A program made the position numbers and the translations under genes. A stretch of 24,312 nucleotides of DNA from Myxococcales bacterium (GTDB lineage Bacteria; Myxococcota_A; UBA9042): assembly GCA_037441385.1 (NCBI GenBank), contig JBBISH010000100.1, positions 1-24,312 of the forward strand. The letters are read 5' to 3'. Below the pieces are notes generated by a model, which made no database searches, had not been told where the DNA came from, and worked only from the letters and a program-made list of their open reading frames with translations. This document shows positions 1 through 8,888 of this stretch, in pieces (the stretch's first letter is position 1; the number at the start of each line of letters is the position of its first letter).

Positions 1-2454
1 CAGGTTGCCGTCGTCGCAGGCGGTGCCGTCGGCCACGTTGGCGGTCAGACACTTGCCGGTGGTCTTGTCGCACGAGTCGGTGGTGCAGGTGTTGTTGTCG
101 TTGCACACGGCGGCAGCGCCCGACACGCACTTGCCCGCGACGCAGGCATCGCCCACGGTGCACAAGTCGCCGTCGTTGCAGGCGGTCTGATCCGCGACGG
201 GGGTGCTGCTGCACTTGCCGGTCACCGGGTCGCACGTATCGGCGGTGCACTCGTTCTTGTCGTCGCAGCCGGTGGCGGTGCCGGGCGTGCACTTGCCGCC
301 CAGGCAGGTGTCTTTGGCGGTGCAGGCATTGCCGTCGTCGCAGGCCGCGCCGTCGGCGACGCCCACCTTGCACTTGCCGGCCACGCAAGACTCGCTGGTG
401 CAAGGGTTCTTGTCGTCGCAGTCGGTGTCCACGGCGCAGTTGCCGCCGCAACCCACGATGGGCTTGGCGATGCACTGGCCGGTGGCGGCGTCGCACAGGT
501 CATTGGTGCACGGGTCCTTGTCGTCGCAGACCACCGGCGTCGAGCCGCACACGCCACCCTTGCAAACGTCTGGGCTGGTGCAGCCGTTGCCATCGGTGCA
601 GGCGGCGCCGTCGTCGTCCACGGCCTTGCAGCCCAAGGCGGGGTCGCAGCTGTCCTTGGTGCAGGGGTTCTTGTCGTCGCAGACCACGGCGGTGCCGGCG
701 CACTTGCCGGCAGAGCAGACGTCGCCGCTGGTGCAGGCCGAGCCGTCGTCGCAGGTCTGGCCGTCGCCCGGGGTCGAGACGCAGTTGCCGTCCTTGCAGG
801 CGTCGGTCGTGCACGGGTCCTTGTCGTCGCAGTTCTTTAGGGTTCCCTGGCACTTGCCAGCTACGCACGCGTCGGCGCTGGTGCAGGCGTCGTTGTCGTC
901 GCAAGCGGCGGTGTTGTTCACGGCGGCGCATTGGCCGTCCACGCACGCGTCGTTGGTGCACGGGTTGCCGTCGTCGCACGTCACGGCCTTGCCGGTGCAA
1001 ACGCTGGCCACGCACGCGTCGCCATTGGTGCAGGCGTTGCCGTCGTCGCAGGGCGCGCTGTTGGCGGTAAAGACGCAGCTGCCGGCCTGGCAGCTGTCGT
1101 CGGTGCAGACGTTGTTGTCGTTGCAGGCGATGGCGGTGCCTGCGCAGGCGCCAGCGGCGCAGGTGTCTTGCTGAGTGCACGCGTTGCCGTCGTCGCAGGT
1201 GGCGCCGCTGGCGGGCGCATACACGCACTTGTTGGCCACGCAGGTGTCGCTGGTGCAGGCGTTCTTGTCGCTGCAGTCGCTGTCGGCTTTGCAGTCCACT
1301 GCGCAGCCCGAGATTGGCGCAAACACGCACTTGCCGGTGGCGGGGTCGCAGCTGTCGGCGGTGCACGGCGAGTCATCGCTGCACACCAGGGCCACGCCCG
1401 CGCACTCGCCCTTGGCGCACTCGTCCTTGTCGGTGCAGGCATTGCCGTCGTCGCAAACGGTGGCGTCCGCCACGGCCGTGCTCACGCACTTGCCGGTGGT
1501 GGCATCGCAACTATCCGTCGTGCAAGGCTTCTTGTCGTCGCACGAAACGGCCGTGCCCTGGCAGGCGCCCTTTTGGCAGGCGTCGGCCGAGGTGCAGAGG
1601 TTACCGTCGTCGCAGCTGGTGCCTTCGGCCTTGGGCGTCGAGATGCAGGCGCCCAAGACCGCGTCGCAACTGTCGGTGGTGCAGGCGTTGCCGTCGTCGC
1701 AGTCGGCGGCGGTCTTGCACGCGGCCTGGCAGCCGGCGGCGGGCACGAACACACAGGCGCCGCTGGCCGGGTCGCAGGCGTCGGTGGTGCAGTTGTCGGC
1801 ATCGTCGCATTTCTTGACGTTGCCGATGCAGACGCCCGCGGCGCAGGCGGCGGTGTCCGAGCACAAGTCCGCGACTTGGCAAGCGCTGCCGTCGGCGACG
1901 GCGACGACCTCGCAAGTGCCGCTGTTGCACTTGGCTTGGTGGCACTGGGTCAGCTTGACCAGCTTGGCGCAATCCAAGTCGCTGGCGCACTGGGCCGAGG
2001 TGGCGTCGGCGGCGATGTCGGCCGAGTCGGGCTGATCCGTGGCCGAGTCCGGCTGAATATCATCGGAAATCTCGGGCAGATCGGGCTGATCGGTGGCCGA
2101 GTCAGGCTGAATGTCGATCTGGTCGGTAGCGCTGTCGGGCTGGATGTTGCCGGGCTCGGTGTCGGTCGGCGGCGTGTCGCCGGGCTGCGCGTCGCCGGGC
2201 TGCGCGTCGCCGGTCACGTTCGCGTCGGCACCGGTCGTGTCCCCAGAACTCATGTCGGTGGCTACATCGCCAGTGTTGCTGTCGGCGGTTGCACCAGTGG
2301 GCGCGCCGATGATTTGCTCGTCGTCGCCGCAGCCGGCCAACGCCAGCGCACCCGCCAAGAACAACGGCAAGGCGCCTAGCCGCAGACGCCGCAGGCGATC
2401 ATTCGCCAAAGCGGCGATGCAGTCCGGCTCAGAATTCATAGGGTTCAGCGACAT
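1..2454 (-). CDS. Large Cys-rich repeat lipoprotein (Dictyostelium CTDC-like repeats), 3' end outside window
   Basis: Translated by hand; absent from the ORF track because no stop lies in the window. GGAGG precedes ATG at 2454. MSLNPMNSEP...LRRLRLGALPLFLAGALALAGC gives lipobox LAGC (Cys42). A D/T/P/Q-rich linker follows, then about 25 repeats of CDDGNxCT-x-DxC-x(3-5)-GxC. The codon phase at base 1 (..CDDGNL) matches the start, giving at least 818 codons. Confidence 0.88.
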   Translation of the reverse strand, partial: MSLNPMNSEPDCIAALANDRLRRLRLGALPLFLAGALALAGCGDDEQIIGAPTGATADSNTGDVATDMSSGDTTGADANVTGDAQPGDAQPGDTPPTDTEPGNIQPDSATDQIDIQPDSATDQPDLPEISDDIQPDSATDQPDSADIAADATSAQCASDLDCAKLVKLTQCHQAKCNSGTCEVVAVADGSACQVADLCSDTAACAAGVCIGNVKKCDDADNCTTDACDPASGACVFVPAAGCQAACKTAADCDDGNACTTDSCDAVLGACISTPKAEGTSCDDGNLCTSADACQKGACQGTAVSCDDKKPCTTDSCDATTGKCVSTAVADATVCDDGNACTDKDECAKGECAGVALVCSDDSPCTADSCDPATGKCVFAPISGCAVDCKADSDCSDKNACTSDTCVANKCVYAPASGATCDDGNACTQQDTCAAGACAGTAIACNDNNVCTDDSCQAGSCVFTANSAPCDDGNACTNGDACVASVCTGKAVTCDDGNPCTNDACVDGQCAAVNNTAACDDNDACTSADACVAGKCQGTLKNCDDKDPCTTDACKDGNCVSTPGDGQTCDDGSACTSGDVCSAGKCAGTAVVCDDKNPCTKDSCDPALGCKAVDDDGAACTDGNGCTSPDVCKGGVCGSTPVVCDDKDPCTNDLCDAATGQCIAKPIVGCGGNCAVDTDCDDKNPCTSESCVAGKCKVGVADGAACDDGNACTAKDTCLGGKCTPGTATGCDDKNECTADTCDPVTGKCSSTPVADQTACNDGDLCTVGDACVAGKCVSGAAAVCNDNNTCTTDSCDKTTGKCLTANVADGTACDDGNL
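2019..2212 (-). repeat. Low-complexity intragenic linker repeats (IQPDSATDQ x3; GDAQP x2)
   Basis: Linker reads GDAQPGDAQPGDTPP...IQPDSATDQIDIQPDSATDQPDLPEISDDIQPDSATDQPDSADI. The DNA has tandem gcgtcgccgggctgc copies near 2174-2212. Confidence 0.75.
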
Positions 2455-2529
2455 GGGTTCCTCCGCTCATAGCCAGTCGGCGCGGTTCGGCACCCAGCGG
2501 GCGACCAAGGCGCAAGCGACTCAAAGCGA

Positions 2530-2558
2530 ATTGTGCACGAGCCCCAAGTGGCGTGCAA
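2530..2558 (-). promoter_or_regulatory. Possible sigma70-type promoter for the Cys-rich lipoprotein gene
   Basis: Minus strand TTGCAC-N17-CACAAT, about 75 bp upstream of the ATG at 2454. Motif match only. Confidence 0.3.
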
Positions 2559-2644
2559 GAAAACGCCCCTGCAAGCATCGTTGCAATTCGATGACTTACG
2601 GCATATGGGGATTTGTAAAGACAGGACCTCGCGGCCGCTGCCGA

Positions 2645-3286
2645 TCAATCTTCGTCGGCGTCGTAGTCGTCGTCCGCGGCAAAATCGGCGCGGGCTTCGG
2701 CGATGCGATCCACGACCTTGCGCACGCGCGAGCGCGTCCCGGCCACTGCATCTTGGACCACGTCTTGAACGGCGTCTTGCACCACCGACAGCGTGCTCTC
2801 TTGGCGCACCGCCGCGGTCGCGGTGGCAACCGCCTTGCGCTTGGCCGGTGCGGGCTTCTTCTTGGCCTTGGACGCCGCGGCCGACTTGGCTTTGGCGGCG
2901 GTGCGCTTGGGGGCGGCGCGCGACTTCACTTCCGAACGCAGCGTGCCGTCCGGGTTGGGTACAAACCGCACCTCGGTGCGAATCTCGAACGAGACCGAGG
3001 TCAGGACCTTGCGAATTTCTTCCGAAAGATTCAATGTTTGCAGGAACTGCTGCATTTCGCGGGCGACGATCTCCACCGCCTCGCGCTTGGTGGTGTCCAC
3101 GGCCTGGGTCGCCGATTGGAGCACCGTCTGCACCAGCTCCTTGGGCAACAAGCTGCCCAGCACGCGCTTGGCTTCGTCATCGCTCTGCAGCAGCACGTTG
3201 ACGCTGCGCTCTACCGCGCGCCGCACCATGTCGGGCAGCAGCCGTCCCTCTTCCTCTTTGCCTTCGCGGCGGTCACCAAATGCCAT
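2645..3286 (-). CDS. Conserved hypothetical protein: helical N-domain plus Ala/Lys-rich tail (loosely phasin-like)
   Basis: 213 aa, GGGGA upstream of ATG. LPKE...EMQQFL...LSEEIRKVLTSVSFEIRTEVRFVP resembles a myxobacterial hypothetical family (from memory). Then AAPKRTAAKAKSAAASKAKKKPAPAKRKA and an acidic end. Confidence 0.75.
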   Translation of the reverse strand: MAFGDRREGKEEEGRLLPDMVRRAVERSVNVLLQSDDEAKRVLGSLLPKELVQTVLQSATQAVDTTKREAVEIVAREMQQFLQTLNLSEEIRKVLTSVSFEIRTEVRFVPNPDGTLRSEVKSRAAPKRTAAKAKSAAASKAKKKPAPAKRKAVATATAAVRQESTLSVVQDAVQDVVQDAVAGTRSRVRKVVDRIAEARADFAADDDYDADED

Positions 3287-3352
3287 GAACGTTCCCCACA
3301 GGTGCCGCGCACGCGCGCTTCGTGCATCACGGTAGGCTTGTTGCCGGCTACG

Positions 3353-6300
3353 TCAAGCGGTCGCCCGCCGCAGCGCCCGCCGCGTCGGCACGTCGGGCCC
3401 GCATCGCAGCAGCTCGGCCGGTGGCCCCTCAAAAGTCACGTGACCGCCTCGCAGCCCCGCTCCCGGCCCCAGATCGACCAACCAGTCGGCTTGAGCCGCG
3501 ATGCCCAAGTGGTGCTCGATGACGATGACCGTGTCGCCGCGATCGACCAATTCTTGCAGCACAGTCAACAGCTTGTCCACATCGCGCAGGTGCAGGCCGG
3601 TCGAGGGCTCGTCCAGTACGTACACGGTCTCGCTGCGGCGCTTCTTGGCCAGCTCGGTCACGATCTTGATGCGCTGCGCCTCGCCGCCCGAAAGGCTGTG
3701 ACTGCCCTGGCCCAGCGTGAGGTAGCCCAGGCCCATGCGGACGGCGAGTTCCAAGGGCGCGGCGATGGTGCGAACGTGACAGAAATGCTCGGCCGCCTCG
3801 GCCAGCGACATTTGCAGCACATCGGCGATCGAGGCCCCCTTGAACGTCACCGCCAGCACGTGGTCGGCGTAGCGCCGGCCGCCACATTGGTCGCAGTCCA
3901 CATGGGTGGTCGGCAGGAACGACATCTCGACGCGCAGTTCGCCGCTACCCTGGCAGGCCGGACAGCGCCCAGCCTCCAGGTTGTACGAAAACGCCGCCGC
4001 GTCCAGACCGGCCACCTTGGCTGCGGGCTGCTGGGCAAACACCTGGCGCAGGGGATCGAAGATGCCCATGTACGTGGCGGGACACGAACGCGAAGTGCGG
4101 CCGATCGGCGACTGGTCGATCTCGACGATGCGACCCAGCGTCTCGAGCCCGTCGATGCCGGCGAGCTCGGCGTTGCCGGTGAATGTCTCGGGGCGGCGCT
4201 CGCGGGCCGTCAGTCCCAAATTGCCAAGCGGCACCAACAGGTCGCGCACCAAGGTCGACTTGCCCGAACCCGACACCCCGGTCACGACATTGAAGCGACC
4301 GCGCACGAAATGGGCTGTCACTTCAAGCAGATTGTTGCGACGGGCGCCACGGACGGTCAGGCGCGGCTGGTCAGGGCCCACCGCCCGCACGGCCGCCACC
4401 CGTAACGCGCCGGCCTGGAGCAGCGCTTGCCCAGTCGGCGAAGTCGGGCAGCTCAAAAGGCCAGCAAGTCCGCCTTGATACAGGATCTGCCCGCCCTCGC
4501 GGCCGCCCGACGGACCCAACTCGACCAGATGGTCGGCACGGCGAATGGTCTCTTCGTCGTGCTCCACCACCAGCAGGCCGTTGCCGCGCGCCACGAGTTC
4601 GCGCATCGCCGCAAGAACCAGTTGATTGTCCTCGGGATGGAGGCCTATGGTCGGCTCGTCCAGCACGTACAGGGCACCGCGCAGGTTCGAGGCCAGCTGG
4701 GCCGCCAACCGCAGCCGCTGGCTCTCGCCACCCGACAGCGTGACCGCACCGCGCGACAGAGCCAAGTAGTCCAGGCCCAGGCGCAGCATCAGCGCGCACT
4801 TGCTGCGCAATTCGGGCAGGAGCGCGGCAAAAGTCTGCTGTTGCGCGCCGCTGAAACGCAGCCCGGCCAGCCAATCCAAAAGCTGCGCGGGCCCCAAGTC
4901 CAGCAGCGCCGGCAGCGGCATCCCCGCCAATGTCACCGACTCGGCTTGGGGTTTCAGGCGCCGGCCGTGGCACTGCGGGCAGATCTGCTGGTGGCGCTCC
5001 GCGTCGGTTTGCACACTCTCGCCGCCGTCGGGCAGGCCGGCGCGCGCCAGGTCCTCGGTCGACCGACCGTCGGCACCGCGGCCGCGGCGTTTCTTGGCCG
5101 CAGGCTCGTCGCGAAAGACGCCGGTGCCCTCGCAGCGGCCGCACCAACCCACGCTCGAGGTAAAGGAAAACCACCGTGGATCCGGCGCCTCGACCGACCG
5201 CTCGCAGCGGCTGCAGTGGCGGCGCAAGCTCCACGGCTGCAAAGGATCGCCCGCGGTGCGGCTGCCGATGGTGCCGTCGCCCAGCGCCAAGGCGGCCTCG
5301 ACCACCTGCGCGACCAACTCGTTGTCCTGGAGCTGGCCCGGACTCAGGCGCGCCACGACAAAATCGAGGTCGTGGGCGGCGAACCGGCGCAGCGGCGGCA
5401 CGGCCGTCAGCGCGCACAAGCTGCCATCGACGTGCACCCACGCGTGGCCCAGTTGACGGGCTTTCTCAAGGATATCCCGATGATGCCCCTTGCGACCGCG
5501 CACCGCCGGGGCGGTGACGTACACGGCCGTGGCCCCGCGGTAGCGTTCGGCGAGCGACGCCGCCACCGCCGCGGCCGACTGCCCCGACACCGCCCCACCG
5601 CAGTGCGGACAAAGCTGATTTCCACATCGAGCATACAGTAGACGCAAGTACGGCAGCAGGTCGGTCAAGGTCGCCACCGTTGAGCGCAAGCCGCCGCGGG
5701 TGGTCCGTTGGGCGATCGCCACAGTGGGCGGCAGGCCGGTCAGGCGGTCGACTTCGGGCGCACTGGCCGGCGGCAAATACTGCCGCGCATACGGCGACAG
5801 GCAGTCCAAGAAGCGCCGCTGCCCCTCGGCAAACACCAAGTCAAACGCCAGCGACGACTTGCCCGAACCCGACAGTCCAGTCACCACCGTCAGCTGGTCG
5901 CGCGGCAAGTTCAGGTCCAGGTTGCGTAAATTGTGCACACGCGCGCCCCGGACCTGGATGCAGCCGGGATCGCGCTCGACCTGCTCGTCGCCCAGGCCCG
6001 GCGTGGCGGCGTAGCGGTGATCGCGCTTGTACTGGCGCAGGAACCGCCCCGTTGGCGAGTCGAGCAGCGCGCGCAAGCCGGCCGGCGGCCCCTGGTACAG
6101 CACGTGGCCGCCGCGCGGGCCGCCGTCGGGCCCCAGTTCGACCAGATGGTCCGCGGCATCCAGCAGATCCAGCTGATGCTCGACCAGCACCACCGTGTTG
6201 CCCGCCGCGACCAGCCGCCGCAGCGCCGCCAGCAGCACCGCCACATCGTGCAGGTGCAGGCCGGTCGACGGCTCGTCGAGCAAGAAAAGCGCATGACTGG

Positions 6301-8878
6301 TCCGTGCTTGCAGCAGGTGCCAGGCGATCTTGACGCGCTGCAGCTCACCACCCGACAGCGTCGACAGGGGCTGCCCCAGCCGCAGGTAGCCCAAGCCCAG
6401 CTCGGCCAGCGCGCGAGCCGGGCCGGCCAAGCTTGCGTCGTCGCTGAACATTTCGGCCAGCTCGCCGGCGGTGCGGTCCAGAAAGGCCGCGGCGTCCAGT
6501 CCGCGGTGACGCACCTGCAGCGTCGCGGTCGAAAAGCGCTTGCCCTCGCACAGTTCGCAGGTGGCCTGCACGTCGGACAGGAACTGCATGTCCACGGTCT
6601 CGACGCCCAGGCCCTCGCAGGCCGGACAGCGGCCGCCTTCGCGGTTGAAGCTGAAAGTCGCTGGTGTGTAGCCGCGCTGCACCGCCAAGGGCTCGGCGGC
6701 CAGGCGGGCGCGGATCACGTCCCAGATCTTCAGGTAGGTGGCGCAGTTGGCCCGGTTCGATCCCGGCGGCATCTCTTGGTCGACCAGCACCACTTGGCGG
6801 ATGGCTTCGGCGCCCAACAGGCCTGCACAGGCCCCGGGCTCGTCGGTCGGCTCGCCGCGGGCGCGCAACATGCCGCGATACAACACTTCTTCGACCAAGG
6901 TCGATTTGCCCGAGCCGGACACCCCACAGACGGCGTTCAGCGCCCCTAACTGCAGATGCACGTCTTGGCCGCGCAGATTGCGGGCGGTCGGGGCAAGAAT
7001 CGTAAGCGTACCCGTGGGCTTGCTGCGAGCACGCGCAACTGGCGTGGCCGGGAGGGGAGCCTCCACGCGCCGGTCGCCCAGCAGGTACTCGGCGGTCAGG
7101 CTGCCCTGCCCCGCGGTCAACGCGGCCGGTGGACCCGAAAAGAGCAGTTGCCCGCCGTCTTGACCGGCGCCAGGCCCCAAGTCGACCAAGTGGTCGGCCG
7201 CCAAGATCAATGCCGGGTCGTGCTCGACCACCACCACGCTGTTGCCGGCTGCGGTCAGGCGCTGCAACAGCCGCAAAAGCCGGTCGTTGTCGCGCGCATG
7301 TAGGCCAATCGACGGCTCGTCCAGCACGTACAGGACTTGGGACAAACCGGTCGCCAACGCAGCCACCAGTTGCACCCGCTGCAGCTCGCCGCCGCTCAGC
7401 GTCCGTGCCGGACGGTCGGCGCTCAGGTAGCCGAGGCCAATTTCGACCAAGAATTCGACGCGTTTGCGAAGCTCGCGCAACGGCAGTTCGATCGCCTGGG
7501 CCACTGCCGGCTCCAAGTCCAGCGCGCCCAGGCGCGCAAGCACCGCCTCCAGCGGCAGTTCGAGCCAGCCCGGCAGGTCCAGATCGGCCAGTCGCCACGC
7601 GCGCGCCTCGCTGCGCAACCGAGTGCCTTGGCAGGCCTGGCACGTGCGGTAGCCGCGGTAGCGCGACAACAGCACCCGCACATGCATCTTGTAGGTCTTA
7701 CCCTCTAGCCAGTGGAACCAACCGCGTACACCGCGAAAGCGAGTCCCGGCGGGGCCTTTGTGCACGCCATCCAAGATCAGCAGGCGTTGCTCAGCGGGCA
7801 GGTCGCGCCAGGCGACGTCGGTGGCGATGGCCTGGCGTTCGCAAAACCGCAGCAGTGCATCGCGCTCGTCGTCGGTCGCCTCGGTGGTCCACGGCCGGAT
7901 CGCCCCGCCCGCCAAGCTCAACGAGGTGTCGGGCACCACGCGGTCCAAGTCGATGTCGGCGATCCGCCCAAAACCATTGCAGGTTGGGCACGCGCCCAGC
8001 GACGACGACGACGAGAACAGCTGCGGCGACGGATCCGCCACCGGCGTGCGACAGGCGACACAGCGGCGCTGCGAGGTCGCGCGCAGCTCGACAAAACCCG
8101 CTGACGAACCGCGCAGTTGCCAGGCCCCGCCCGGAGGAGCATCGCCCTCCAAGTGCACCGCCACCACGCCGCCACCGCGCAACAGCGCTTGCCGCAACGA
8201 ATCCGCCAATCGCGACGGCTCGGTCGGGTCGATCACCAGCCGATCCTGCAGCACGGCCAGCGTGGTCCCAATGCGATCGACGCCCAGAACCTCGGCCAGC
8301 GCCACGGCTTTCCCGGCCTCGAAGCAGCGGTGGTAGCCCGCCGCGGCCAGCCCTTCCAGCGCCGCCCGCGCCGCCGCCGTCGACACCACCGGCAGTTCGA
8401 AGGTGATCGCCGCCCGCCGCCCCGCCGCCGCCGCCAGAAGCTCGCCCGCCAGCTCGGCCGGCGCTGCTCGCCGCACCGAATGGCCACACTCCGGGCAGAC
8501 CGGGCTAGAGGCCTGCGCAAAAACCAGGCGGAACAGCTCGCTCAGCTCGGTCAGCGACGCCACCGTCGAACGAGCGGCGCGGATGGTCTTGCCCTGCCGC
8601 AGCGCCACCGAAGGCAAGATCCCGCTGATCTCGTCGACTTTCGGTCTGTCCATCCGCTCGACGAATTGCCGCGCGTAGCTCGACAGGCACTCGACATAGC
8701 GCCGCTGCCCTTCGGCAAACAGCGTATCGAAGGCCAGCGACGACTTGCCGGACCCCGACACCCCCGTCACCACGACTAGCTTGCCGTGGGGCAGGTCCAA
8801 GTCAAAGTGCCGCAAATTGTTCTGGGCCACGCCGCGGAGCCGCAGCATGGCCGGGGCGCTGGGCTCGGCCGTGGACAC
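3353..8878 (-). CDS. uvrA: Excinuclease ABC subunit A, tandem-duplicated form
   Basis: 1841 aa with four Walker A motifs (GVSGSGKSS, GVSGSGKST, GLSGSGKSS, GVSGSGKST), four LSGGE signatures, four LDEP(S/T) Walker B motifs, two AEGQRR(Y/F) UvrA motifs and many CxxC Zn pairs. GTG start at 8878; ATG at 8848 is an alternative. Confidence 0.95.
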   Translation of the reverse strand: MSTAEPSAPAMLRLRGVAQNNLRHFDLDLPHGKLVVVTGVSGSGKSSLAFDTLFAEGQRRYVECLSSYARQFVERMDRPKVDEISGILPSVALRQGKTIRAARSTVASLTELSELFRLVFAQASSPVCPECGHSVRRAAPAELAGELLAAAAGRRAAITFELPVVSTAAARAALEGLAAAGYHRCFEAGKAVALAEVLGVDRIGTTLAVLQDRLVIDPTEPSRLADSLRQALLRGGGVVAVHLEGDAPPGGAWQLRGSSAGFVELRATSQRRCVACRTPVADPSPQLFSSSSSLGACPTCNGFGRIADIDLDRVVPDTSLSLAGGAIRPWTTEATDDERDALLRFCERQAIATDVAWRDLPAEQRLLILDGVHKGPAGTRFRGVRGWFHWLEGKTYKMHVRVLLSRYRGYRTCQACQGTRLRSEARAWRLADLDLPGWLELPLEAVLARLGALDLEPAVAQAIELPLRELRKRVEFLVEIGLGYLSADRPARTLSGGELQRVQLVAALATGLSQVLYVLDEPSIGLHARDNDRLLRLLQRLTAAGNSVVVVEHDPALILAADHLVDLGPGAGQDGGQLLFSGPPAALTAGQGSLTAEYLLGDRRVEAPLPATPVARARSKPTGTLTILAPTARNLRGQDVHLQLGALNAVCGVSGSGKSTLVEEVLYRGMLRARGEPTDEPGACAGLLGAEAIRQVVLVDQEMPPGSNRANCATYLKIWDVIRARLAAEPLAVQRGYTPATFSFNREGGRCPACEGLGVETVDMQFLSDVQATCELCEGKRFSTATLQVRHRGLDAAAFLDRTAGELAEMFSDDASLAGPARALAELGLGYLRLGQPLSTLSGGELQRVKIAWHLLQARTSHALFLLDEPSTGLHLHDVAVLLAALRRLVAAGNTVVLVEHQLDLLDAADHLVELGPDGGPRGGHVLYQGPPAGLRALLDSPTGRFLRQYKRDHRYAATPGLGDEQVERDPGCIQVRGARVHNLRNLDLNLPRDQLTVVTGLSGSGKSSLAFDLVFAEGQRRFLDCLSPYARQYLPPASAPEVDRLTGLPPTVAIAQRTTRGGLRSTVATLTDLLPYLRLLYARCGNQLCPHCGGAVSGQSAAAVAASLAERYRGATAVYVTAPAVRGRKGHHRDILEKARQLGHAWVHVDGSLCALTAVPPLRRFAAHDLDFVVARLSPGQLQDNELVAQVVEAALALGDGTIGSRTAGDPLQPWSLRRHCSRCERSVEAPDPRWFSFTSSVGWCGRCEGTGVFRDEPAAKKRRGRGADGRSTEDLARAGLPDGGESVQTDAERHQQICPQCHGRRLKPQAESVTLAGMPLPALLDLGPAQLLDWLAGLRFSGAQQQTFAALLPELRSKCALMLRLGLDYLALSRGAVTLSGGESQRLRLAAQLASNLRGALYVLDEPTIGLHPEDNQLVLAAMRELVARGNGLLVVEHDEETIRRADHLVELGPSGGREGGQILYQGGLAGLLSCPTSPTGQALLQAGALRVAAVRAVGPDQPRLTVRGARRNNLLEVTAHFVRGRFNVVTGVSGSGKSTLVRDLLVPLGNLGLTARERRPETFTGNAELAGIDGLETLGRIVEIDQSPIGRTSRSCPATYMGIFDPLRQVFAQQPAAKVAGLDAAAFSYNLEAGRCPACQGSGELRVEMSFLPTTHVDCDQCGGRRYADHVLAVTFKGASIADVLQMSLAEAAEHFCHVRTIAAPLELAVRMGLGYLTLGQGSHSLSGGEAQRIKIVTELAKKRRSETVYVLDEPSTGLHLRDVDKLLTVLQELVDRGDTVIVIEHHLGIAAQADWLVDLGPGAGLRGGHVTFEGPPAELLRCGPDVPTRRALRRATA

Positions 8879-8888
8879 GTGGACCTGC

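Noticed and set aside
5..2379. Plus-strand ORFs 5-190, 203-1174, 1175-2035 and 931-2379 with repetitive VQALPSSQ sequence
   Set aside because: Antisense shadows of the minus-strand Cys-rich repeat gene, which has the RBS, lipobox and codon bias.
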